A program made the translations under genes and the position numbers. From the NCBI RefSeq assembly GCF_964194025.1, contig NC_134476.1, positions 29,512,001 to 29,576,000 on the forward strand: a stretch of DNA of 64,000 nucleotides, written 5' to 3'. This DNA comes from Convolutriloba macropyga. Taxonomy: Eukaryota. Positions within the stretch are counted from its first letter, which is position 1. Every line of letters begins with the position of its first letter. The notes under the pieces are model-generated. The model was not told where the DNA came from and did not search any database. It was given only the letters and a program-made list of their open reading frames with translations. This document shows, piece by piece, positions 12,385 through 22,949 of the stretch.

Positions 12385-15119
12385 TGGTTCGATCAAAGCA
12401 GAAACCATTGACGGACAAATAATGGGTCAAATTGCACAACTGATACCATCAACAGCTTTAACCACAAAGATTGTCATCATTGATAATAGTGATACATACC
12501 TAACGCAGCACAAATATCTACAAGAAAGTCAATAATGCTTGTACTACTGTATCATAAGGCAGCTTCAAAATCTCACTTAGTAATTGTTTCCTGCATTGTA
12601 TGTGCAACTATGCTGTATTACCTTTGCGGATTATTTAAGCATATCACAACTTTTGTAAATTAAATCAATTTGACCTACCATAATGCTTCTATTTATTTGA
12701 CTTCTAAATATTTTGAATTTTATTCAACTAATAGAAATGGTTCACGACTTACAACCCACGCACAACACGTCTACTTTGAAACTTGAGTTCGTCAAGATAA
12801 CTGCATAGCTAGCGCAAAGCCTTCTGATGTAGTAAAATTGACACAAAAATCAATGTCTTTAGAAAATTAGCTGATATTCGCTCCGAGTGGTATAACGAGA
12901 TTATCAGCGACTGATGTGGGTAAGGTTGTATGTTGCTTCATGGGTTAATTTGTCAGTGATGTATGTATAAATATGGTAACTTTAGTTTTATAAACTACTT
13001 TGATGGTTTTGTTTTAATTTTGACCATTCATTAAATGTGGAATTCTTTTTGTTTTAGTTGAAAATCTATAGTTCTGCTGATTGTGTCGCATTTCCGAGGG
13101 GTTAATAATTACTTTTTATTAATCTTCTGGAAATATTGTTTAAATTTTGCAAATTGTATAATTTCACTTAGCTTTTGTCAGGTTATGACAATAATAATCT
13201 GTCAATAATATCCAGCTCATTGTATTTGAAACTTTTTAAGCCCCAGAAATCAAATATTTTGGCGTGGGTAGAATTTTTTATAAATTGCATTGGAGTGGGG
13301 AAAGATTTCTCAGAAGAGTTAAAGTCCGCGTTGAGCTTTGTGAAATTGTCTTGTTTTTTTGGGATCGTTCGTCGCCGATCCAAAACTTCTAAAAAATTTT
13401 AATAGAGATGTTCTTATTCAAATCGTATTTTTGCGGCACTCATCTCCGAGAGCCCACATTCTGAAATATAAAACCCAAATTGCTAAGGAAATTTCTGATT
13501 TTTAGATTGCAATGTTTTCCGCGACACTTTTTGACAGTTTTGAACAGTTTTGTGCTTGAGTTTTTAATAGCCGCACAGCGATAGCTGGGGCTGTTATTGG
13601 CCTTCTCTTGGTTTTTTACAATCCAAGAATTGGATTGTATTAGTGCTCTGTCTTTTTTTTGTAAGATGTTTTCGCACCTTTTTTCATGACTTTGAGCTTT
13701 CAAAACGGGATAAACAGGTAAAGCTCAGCGGGCATCAAGTTTCATTAGAGGCCCTTAGCCGCGTTTAGTAGTTCTTCAAGTACTCAGAGTGGTGAAGCTA
13801 TTGGGAAGGCCGTAATTCAAGGTTAACAGGTCATTTTCAGAAGTTTTTGAGCCCAAAATGTTGCAATTTTTTCGGATTTTTTGTTGGACCAGTCTGAAAT
13901 TGAGGTTTGTAAAAGTTGGTAAAGGTCTTTTGCAAGACGTAATTACTTTTTATGGCCATTTTAAGAGCTATATGTATTGCTACAGCAAACATAAACACGG
14001 TAATTTTTTCTAATTTTTGAAATTTTTTCAAGTTTTTTGAATATTTTTGTTGTTTCAGCTCTTGGGTGTCACAATAATAGGTTATTTTATAGTTTCTAGC
14101 GGTAATGGAATGGTTTTCAACTTCACGAATTTTACCAATTTTTTTTGATAAAACTAGCAGTTTTTTCCAATTTTCTGACATTAATTGTCTTTATTAAAGT
14201 TTTCCAATTTTCTGACATTAATTGTCTTTATTAAAGTTTTCCAGCTCCAGGGGGCAAGAAATCTCGACTAGGATTTGCTAATATTTTAATGCAAAATTTT
14301 TATTGGCCATGGCATAAGCCAATTTTTTTCAAATTTTTGAAAATTGTCAAATTTTAGGTTTCTCTAACCTGAATAGCCAAAATATTTCCTTTAGGTTTTG
14401 ATAATAGGTTACTGCATAGTTTCTAGTGGTAATGGGTGATGTGTTTCAAGATTTTAATATTACAAATTTTAGCGATTTTCAAATTGTGATTTTTTCTTTG
14501 ACTTCCTGAAATTTTAGTCTTTTTCCTCAGTGGCCAGGGGCTTGCTGCTATTGAGTTTGCTAGTATGTTATTGCAGAGCTTGTAGTGGCAACAAAATAGT
14601 TTTCTGTTTTTTTAAATTGCAAATATAAGTGATTTTTTAAAATAAAGCTTGCAATTTAAATTTTTTTGTTTTCAAATTTTTTGAGTTTTTTTGTCATATT
14701 TTGAGTCTAACTATCTTTATTGGCCAAGAAAACTTTCTAAATGTTGCAGATAAGATTCAAGACTGAACTCCAGAGAAAAATGAATTTGAACATTTTTTCC
14801 AGACACATTTTCGAAAAATATCTTTAAATTTTTCCTTTTCTTTTGAAGATTTTTTCACATTTCTTTTTGAAGCATTTGTCATTTTTTTCGAGATTATCTT
14901 TAGTGTCAAATTAATCTCTTTCAAGGGTTTTGCGTGAGTTAATGACTATATTGCATTGTGTCATAAATGGCCTTCAGGTTAAAAGCTTCAAGAGTTTTAG
15001 GAATAACTGTTTTTTTGTTTAGTTTGATTCTTTTAGTTTCTCAACTTTCGAGATTTCTTCTTTTTGGCTGGGATTGTTCAATTGATCTGCTGGTCAGGTA
15101 CATTAGGTCTGTTTTTCAT

Positions 15120-15970
15120 TCAATTTCTTTGGATTGTATTTCAGGACTTGTCCTGCTATGTTTTTTTATTTCGTCGTCATATTGTTGTTACGACCATATG
15201 ACGTCACAGCCACTTTTTGTCCATTCGTTCATGCAATTTCAACTGAATTGCGTGCGTGACGTCATTTTTCGGACTTAGCTGAGCGAGTCGAGTGCGAAAA
15301 CGGTGTTTGAACAAAAATTCGGTTTCTCGGTAGTGGTTTTTTGTTCACATGCGGCAATTTCACTTTGATTTTTACAGTTTTTTCGATTTTTTGGATCGGA
15401 TTTTTTTCTAAATGGTTTTCCCAATCCGTTCATAGTCCGTTCTTGGTCTGGTTTTCTGTTTAGTTAATGAAAATTCTTTGAATTGTACGTCAGGACTTGT
15501 CCTGCTATGTTTTTTTATTTCGTCGTCATGATTTTTGTTACGACCATATGACGTCACAACCACTTTTTGTTCATTCGTTCATGCAATTTCAACTGAATTG
15601 CGTGCGTGACGTCATTTTTCGCACTTAGCTGAGCGAGTCTTTTGTTCATTTACTTTATTAAAATTTTGGTCACACTTTACTTACCTCACTCACAAAAATG
15701 ACTTCCTCGCTTTGAAATTGTCTTTTATTTACTTTAATTCAAAGAGATAAGGTCAAATGGGTGACACACACCCATTTGACCTTATCTAAATGAAGGTCAT
15801 TTGAGATCAGCTAATAGAGGCAGCACTAACCTATACAGATTTTTTATCAAAATATAACATCAACCTTCAATGAAAAGACGAATTTTTTTGGTCTGTCGTT
15901 ACTGTTTTTTTTAGACTGTCGATCTACGAATCTATTGCGGCTATTTTCTGGCAATCTGCCAGCTATGTTT
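15120..15970 (+). mobile_element. Family B-related element with about 350-bp internal tandem duplication
   Basis: tcaggacttgtcctgctatg..gacttagctgagcgagtc at about 15141 and 15490; ends ctattgcggctattttctggcaatctgccagctatgttt. Confidence 0.65.
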
Positions 15971-16365
15971 TTATATTTGTCTCAACTTTAATACGAATTT
16001 TTGCACTGCAATCGGGCAAGGAAATTTAATTGCCCAGGCTCATTAAATAAAATGGAAGGCGAGCCCAAATTGATCAGCCATAATACAAATGTGAATTTTC
16101 AGGATTCAATTTTTTTGTGAGCTGATTAATTCTTCAGATTTTCATAGTACTAAATGGCGGTCTACCGCAACAAGAGATATTGACAAATGTGGGTGGCTGT
16201 TGGTAATGATGATCTTCATTAAGAGTATGCAGTTGATATGTTCCGAGTCAGCAGCTTTCAAATTCAATTTTTTTTGAATTTTTCGAAAAAATTGTCACAT
16301 CCTAAACGATGTTCTTTAAACCCTTGTTCCACCTGACGTTTTGGCAAATGTTGAACGGGTTGACT

Positions 16366-16519
16366 GAAAAACGGTTGCGGGTTGACCCTAAACCAACCTT
16401 GATTAGCTGCATGAGTGGCTAACTCGAATCCATAATAAATCATCATACTTATTCTGGATTCGAGTTAGTCACTAGCGCAGCCAATCGAGGATGGTGAGGT
16501 CAACCCGCAACCGTTTTTC
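16366..16519. repeat. Long foldback hairpin (about 70-bp arms, about 11-nt loop)
   Basis: gaaaaacggttgcgggttgacc..taactcgaatcca pairs with tggattcgagtta..ggtcaacccgcaaccgtttttc; outer 22 bp are perfect. Confidence 0.85.
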
Positions 16520-17472
16520 TCGGATTTTTTGTCTTCTGATATCGGAACAAGATCTTTTTACGGAATTAACAGAGAAGCATATCACTCACTGCAGTAGAAG
16601 CAGTCGTCAAAAGCTTTGTGAAACCGTTCTAGTAGTGGAGAATAGGCATAGTTTTTAACTTCATTTTTTGACCTGCAAAAATCAGTTTTGAAGCTATGCG
16701 CGCAACAAGTGATAGCACTTCCAGCAGAACCATTCGTTGAATACCTCAATGACTCGATTTACCTGTTTTGCTCCCGATCTAACGAATCTCTGCATCTGAG
16801 CTGCAGCTCAAACTAGAGTGGATTCCTGGATGTTAGAGTTGTCTAACAGGACTTGATTTTACCGGACGGATTGAAGTCAGAACCCAGACCCCAGGACACG
16901 AAAGAAGCCTTCTAGTTAGAATCTGTGACGTCCTGGAAGTATTTTTTATCATATATTAAGTGATAAACTATGTAATTGCTGTCTATTCTTTTTCTTCCAT
17001 CTTCGAAATTTCGAAAGAGCTAACATTTATTACAAAAGTCTGAAGTTATTATTCATCTTTACGCTATGTCAACATTGATTTAGTTGAAATAATAACTCCC
17101 GGACTGCTACTGAAAAAATACTGACTACCTTAAATCCTTGATTGAAAGAGTAAAAAATTAAATATTGCAAAGCTAACCATCTTTAAAAGTAGCTATAAAG
17201 TGGCCTAAAGTGTTTCTTTTGCGATTACTATTTTGTTTGGGTGCCGGGACACATCACATCAGGTTTTCGGAAACTGTATTGACGCTCAAACTTAGTTAGT
17301 TACATACAATTATTACAGTAAATTAATAACGGCAATAAATTAATAAGCAGCCCGATCTTTAGCTGACATGAAATCATTCTTTAGTGATATCCAAACTAAC
17401 TGTACTGTGAGAAGCGAATAAATTGATTAAGTGTAATAATTTGCTTTAAGTAATTATTAAGAGTAATAATAA

Positions 17473-17864
17473 TGTGACGTTGTCTAAAGCAACAATTGAA
17501 CATTTCGAATAGTATTCCAAGAAACTATCGTTAAAGACACACTACGTACTATTTATTTAAAGTAAACACTGAACCTCACCAATTGTAAACAACTAAATTA
17601 GAGAACAGATTTATCAGCTAAAGTTAAGTTGCCATTATATCGTAACTGTAAACTTGAAAGAATTGAATAAAAGGTATAAGAACAGATACTCACTTTATAT
17701 TAATTTATCAGCTAGCTTGAAGATTGAAGGTTGTCGATCCACGCTTCTGGAGAACATCCTAAACTCAACATCTTCGTGCAGTAACCGCATGCAAGAAAGA
17801 CCACAAAACAACTGGAAGCAAGCATTACCAACCTGCAACAATACATAAATCTTGTGGCATCACA
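17473..17864 (+). repeat. 5' LTR (392 bp)
   Basis: tgtgacgttgtc...ggcatcaca; 7 substitutions versus the 3' LTR by manual comparison; contains aataaa. Confidence 0.97.
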
Positions 17865-17879
17865 TGGTGACAGGAAGGA
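17865..17879 (+). promoter_or_regulatory. Primer binding site (cognate tRNA not assigned)
   Basis: TGGTGACAGGAAGGA directly after the LTR-terminal CA; TGG is complementary to the tRNA CCA end. Confidence 0.75.
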
Positions 17880-18351
17880 AGACAACCACCATTTCTTCAT
17901 CGGCTGAAATATGGAAAAGCAGTATCTGGTGGTTTGACAGCGAAAGAAGAACAATCCTATGGAATTTGAAAGTGCTAGAAAGAAAGGCCTACAGCCAGCA
18001 GCGAACAGGTTCGTCAAAAACCACTATGTGCAATAAATTTATGATGTTTTATGAGCGCTCAGTCAAATATCAGTCAAAACTGAAATCATTTTTTTGAAAA
18101 TGAATGATGATCATGGTAAATCATTTAAAGGTGCTATTTTCTCTATTTTCATATCATCTAGCCTCTAAAATTCTGTTTTTTTGACCCTAACTCAAACAAT
18201 TAGTCTTGTTTTTGAATTCTTAGTCTCGTTAGTCTGACTTTCCACTGTCTTTTGTTGTTGTCTTCAATTTTTTTGTCTCTTAACTATAAGCGTTATAACT
18301 TTCTAAAAACAGTTTTAAGTAAGATTTTGAAAACAAATTTTCTAACGTAAA

Positions 18352-19635
18352 ATGGCACAACCAAATATTGCCTTGAAACATTACGGGGGAACTGAGAAAG
18401 AAAGTTTTCGTGAATTTGAGAGGTTACTTAGAAGTATTTTGGCAGTAGGAGGAGTTGATCCAGGTCAACATGCAAATTTTCTCCAGCTTCATCTTAAAGA
18501 TGCAGCCTTACGATTTTTTCAGTTATTGCCTGAGGCAACCAGAGCTAATTTTGAAAACAGTCTCACTGCTTTGAGAGACCATTTTTGTAACCCTCAGCTT
18601 CGTAAAATACACCTAATTAAGTTTGAAAGTGTTAAATTTGATCCAAAAACTGATTCACCGGAAAATTTCTTGGTAACGCTCCGAAATTTGGCAGTAAGAG
18701 CTTATCCTGACCCAATACCACATGTTGTTCCCGCAGCTGACCCAGCATTAGATGCAGTAGCAGAGGCCGCAAGAATAGCTGCATCTAACGCCGTAAATGC
18801 ACAGAACTTACTTTTTGCACAGACAGAGCGAGATCATCAAATAAGAAGACTTTTTGTTAAAAGTATGCCAAGTTGGCTTAGAGCAAAACTTTTGGAACAA
18901 CCGGATAACGCTACCATTGATGATCTTTGTCTTTTTGCTCGAAAACAAATTGCCATCCATAGTTTGTGTAAAATGGACGATTATGCTGACGCAGCTTTTA
19001 ACGAAGTCAGCTCAAGTACTATTTATGAGAATTTAGTAAACGCACTGTCAAAAATGTCCCAGATTCAAGAAAGTATGCAAAATCAGGTCAGCGAGTTAAG
19101 TAGACAATTTGAGGAACAGAGAGTTAGTTCAGAGAATCAGCAAGATAGAGGTCGTGAAAGAAATTTTAACAACTACAGAGGAAATAATTACAGAGGAAAT
19201 AACTATCGCGGAAATAATAATAATAGAGGAAATTACCGAGGGAATAACAACAGAGGAAACAATAATTATAGAGGAAATAACTTTCGAGGACGAAGAAATT
19301 ACCGAGGCAGAGGTAATCAAAATTTTAATCGAGGAGGAGGACAATTTACAAATCATGAATACCGAGGACCCGTTAATCATGATTATTTCAATAACCAGAG
19401 TTCGTCTAACCCTCCAATGCAGAGCTCATCTGCTCCACCCGCCCCTCAGGGGTCAGTCCAAGTTACCCCACCCCAAAATCCACAACCCCCTGACCAAAGT
19501 GGTGTGACAGGCTATACCAAAATTGTCTGTCATCTATGTGGTTTTCCAAACCACTTTGCTTCCGAATGCTACCTCAACACTAATCGAAAAAGAGGAGGAG
19601 TTAGTTTTCCATTCAGAAGAAACCCAAAAAACTAA
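18352..19635 (+). CDS. gag: Gag, 427 aa, intact: capsid-like region, coiled coil, NYRG repeats, CCHC zinc knuckle
   Basis: Retrotransposon-gag-like N-terminus (LHLKDAALRFF..L..HF), CHLCGFPNHFASEC is a C-x2-C-x4-H-x4-C knuckle; ends on an A-AAA-AAC slippery heptamer (19626-19632). Confidence 0.92.
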   Translation: MAQPNIALKHYGGTEKESFREFERLLRSILAVGGVDPGQHANFLQLHLKDAALRFFQLLPEATRANFENSLTALRDHFCNPQLRKIHLIKFESVKFDPKTDSPENFLVTLRNLAVRAYPDPIPHVVPAADPALDAVAEAARIAASNAVNAQNLLFAQTERDHQIRRLFVKSMPSWLRAKLLEQPDNATIDDLCLFARKQIAIHSLCKMDDYADAAFNEVSSSTIYENLVNALSKMSQIQESMQNQVSELSRQFEEQRVSSENQQDRGRERNFNNYRGNNYRGNNYRGNNNNRGNYRGNNNRGNNNYRGNNFRGRRNYRGRGNQNFNRGGGQFTNHEYRGPVNHDYFNNQSSSNPPMQSSSAPPAPQGSVQVTPPQNPQPPDQSGVTGYTKIVCHLCGFPNHFASECYLNTNRKRGGVSFPFRRNPKN

Positions 19636-19701
19636 AAGAGCCACATGCTATTGAAGCCAATCATCTTTTTTTAGAATAATTTTCACTAGAACCAAAATGT
19701 A

Positions 19702-20110
19702 ATGAATGGTTTTGATAATGCATGTAATTATGATAATTCTCTTGACAGTTCTTCTGATGAGGAACTTGATAACAAACTTTGTGCCGTTATACCTCTTGAA
19801 GGTGATGTCCTTAACTACGTCCGAATTGTTTTTGATGAAAAAATTCGACGTCGTGCATTAATCGATACTGGATCGTGTGCCAATGCCATTCCGAAAGCCT
19901 TATTAAATAATTTTGAAAAGTTAAATGTCAAGTTTGAAATCAAAAAACCGTGTTTTGAACAAGTTAAGCTAGCACCGGGACAGCCAGTTGACATTGAATA
20001 TGCAGTGGAAGTAGAATTTTGTCTTGGAAAAAACAAATGTTTGGACGAATTATTAGTTTTACCCAAAATGAACTGTTATTCTGGGTAACCCTTTTTTCCA
20101 AAAGAACAAG
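19702..20110 (+). pseudogene. pol: Retropepsin aspartic protease, frameshifted
   Basis: RALIDTGS active-site motif; the ILGNPFF motif continues in another frame at about 20075-20100. Confidence 0.88.
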
Positions 20111-21472
20111 TTGTGGATCTGTCCCGCTTTTAAATTACTCAAATTACCTGATATTACTTATCAATTGAATGAAATCAAACCTAAGTTTGATAGACGACAA
20201 TTTTTGCCTAAACTGAAGAAAATTCCAGTTTATCTCGCCAAAAAACATGTTTTGAAACATGCACAATCATTAGGAGTTGTTGAACGCTCCCACGGTGCCC
20301 TAAAACGTATTCTCAAGCTGAATACCAATGAGCAAAGGGCAAATTGGTATAAATATGTTCCTCTCGCTACTTATATCCATAACACCTCATTTTATTCATC
20401 AATTGGTCGTACACCTTCTTCGATTTTTCATGGAAGTGAACCAATCAAACCTCTTGATGTTCGTTTGAGTAATAGATCATTGAAAACAATGGATCCAAGA
20501 TCAGACTTTGTTATTGAACTGCAAGATGCCATGCAGGAAAAATTTGCTCACAATAAATCGAGGTTAATAAGTAGCTACCAACAGTACCGCAAGTACTATG
20601 ACCAAAAATCAGAAGCCAATCCACTGAAGCTTCATCAATTTTGTCTCGTCTTAAACCCTAAGCTCACAAACCAAAATGATTTTGCAAGCAAGTCATTGCA
20701 AGTTTGGCTACCACTATATCGTGTTGAGAAAGTTCTTACTAATTCGAACTATTTAATACGAAAAGTAGGAACCCCATTCACTCAATGTGTCCACCGAATT
20801 CGCTTGAGGCCATATGAGCCAAGCGAGCCGCCAGTAGACTTTGACAATATTGATCCAAGCCAATTTGTGCCTGAGCCAGTCTTGGGTAAATTCAGGCAAA
20901 AACCTGAACTTTTCGATAATGAGTTTCCTAAATTGTTCGATCACTCGTTCATTGACGATGTACCATCTCAAACCCCCCAACAGCTGGAAGATGAACCTCC
21001 AGCTACCACAACTTTTGTGTTCCCATTAGCCGCCCCTCATGTTCCAGCCCCAATTCATGGTCCAGCTCCGCCCCCACCCCCAATGCCGCCTCCAGCTCCA
21101 GTTCCGATGGTTCTTCCGTCACCCGCTCCACCGGTTGCTCCCCCAGTACAACCAGTAGAACAAGCAGAAGATATTAATGAAAATCATCCTCAACAAGACC
21201 AGGAGGATCAAATATTTCTGGATCTAAGAGAACCACCGGAGCCGCAAGCGCCATTGGAAGTGATAGAGGAGGAACCAGAACCAGCTCAACAGAAAGTTCA
21301 ACCGGAGTTCGAACGAGAACCTGAACCGCCTAACCCGTTCATGTTTTTTCCCGAACCAGACCCCCCAGTTATTCAACAGCCGTCTCCGAATGAAGTCCGG
21401 AGACCACAACCCCGTTTTGAATTACCCCCCCAGTCCAATTCAACCACGAACGCCGCGAAGGGTTTCATTTAA
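20111..21472 (+). pseudogene. pol: Deleted pol: protease linker fused in frame to C-terminal half of integrase, GPY/F-SH3-like domain and Pro/Glu-rich tail
   Basis: HAQSLGVVERSHGALKRIL (E of DDE), W..YVPLATYIHNTSF.SSIG.TP..IFHG, WLPLYRVEKV..SNYLIRK..VHRIRLRPY; no RT YxDD, RNaseH, HHCC or first DD motifs present. Confidence 0.88.
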
Positions 21473-21707
21473 CCCTACTGTGTCCACTAGTACTGAGATA
21501 ATTGAGACTCCGATACCACAACCTGGTCCTAGTCAACAATCCATGAGAACTATTGATGGTCCTTTTCCGCTTCCGTTTTCTCGATTTTCGAAAGAACAAA
21601 AGCGCGAAGCGATTTAAAAGTCTACACAAGATCCAACAAGACGACTTGCCTTTGGCCGAGGGCCATCTCGTGCTACTAAATTTGACAAAAAAGAGAGTCA
21701 ACGTGTA

Positions 21708-22313
21708 ATGGAGGAGCGCAAAGAACAACAACAGCAAACGTCATCGACTTCTACTAGCGCGCCTCAATCTCCAAAGCAACCATCTCCGCTACTTGATCTG
21801 ATACCAGGATCTCGTCAACGATCACGAATGAATGCCGAGCGTGAGAACGAACGCCGGAAGTCGCGTGGCGAATCAAATGCAATTTTTGGAGATAATTTTC
21901 ATCTTTACTTTAAACAAGAAGACATTAAAAAATGTCCATTTTCAGTGGCACAAGCCGTCTCAGCAGAGTCTCCGATCAAAAATCTTATAGATTTTAATGC
22001 TATAAACCCCCCTGATGTCCAATCAATCAACCCTAACTTTCAAGTAGGATCTCTAGTGTCTATTTTTGATCCACAATCCAATCGTTTTGTTTATAACTTA
22101 GTCACAAAATCTAAAGACGCTCACAAAGCATCTTACTCATGTCTTGAACAATGTCTCCAAAGTTTCAAAAAGCAGATTGATGATTTCAATATAACCAGCT
22201 TAGCCCTACCCCAGCTTGAATGCTTTGAGAATGGCCTTCACTGGCCCAAAGTCTGTCAAATTATTTTAAAAATTTTCAAAAATTCTAACCTAAATCTTTA
22301 TAGTTATGTTTAA
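21708..22313 (+). CDS. TARG1/OARD1 (Poa1p-class) macrodomain, probably the original C-terminus of pol
   Basis: RFVYNLVTKSKDAHKASYSCLEQCLQSFK..ITSLALPQLECFENGLHWPKVCQIILKIF aligns with TARG1 [58 protein letters not shown]; same frame as ORF 21390-21617 across one TAA. Confidence 0.82.
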   Translation: MEERKEQQQQTSSTSTSAPQSPKQPSPLLDLIPGSRQRSRMNAERENERRKSRGESNAIFGDNFHLYFKQEDIKKCPFSVAQAVSAESPIKNLIDFNAINPPDVQSINPNFQVGSLVSIFDPQSNRFVYNLVTKSKDAHKASYSCLEQCLQSFKKQIDDFNITSLALPQLECFENGLHWPKVCQIILKIFKNSNLNLYSYV

Positions 22314-22949
22314 ACATCATAAAAATCTAAAAAATTCGAAATTCCAAAAACATTAGCTTAGCTGTTTAGTTTTTCTAAATATTATTATCTACCACCCTAA
22401 TATCTTACCCATTCACCATTTCATTGTATTTACTATTATTTAACCAGAATTTAGACTTTGTTTGTGAAAGTCGCAAAATTTACCCCATAAAAATTGTGTT
22501 GAAAAATTGTTTTTCAGCGAAAACTCACTCTAGTATTACTTCTTTTATGTATTTTTGGCTATTCCTATCGATATCCTAATTACTATCACAGTTTCCTAAC
22601 ATTTCTTTAAGTTTTGATATAAAAACCTAAAAATTTTTCAAGGTCATTTTTCAAGGTCAAGATGACTTCTGACAAACTTTCCTTGCATCTATTTTCTATT
22701 TAACACCATTGCTATCGATTGTGACGCATTTCAATGAGATTGGAGGAAAAAATTTTTTCATCTTTTTTTCTACAAAGTCCGAAAATTACTAAATTTTTCC
22801 AAAATTTAAGATTTTTTCGCAATAACAGTTTATAAATGTTTCGGTTAAAAATGAGTTATGCGAAACCTTTTTAAAATTGTTTAAACCTATTGTCGTGTTA
22901 CTTGATTGTAAAATGAATCTGTATGACAAAAATTTTATTCATTTTGTGA

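Noticed and set aside
19109-19507. Ile/Glu-rich ORF and its antisense counterpart overlapping gag
   Set aside because: Alternative-frame shadows of the NYRG repeat
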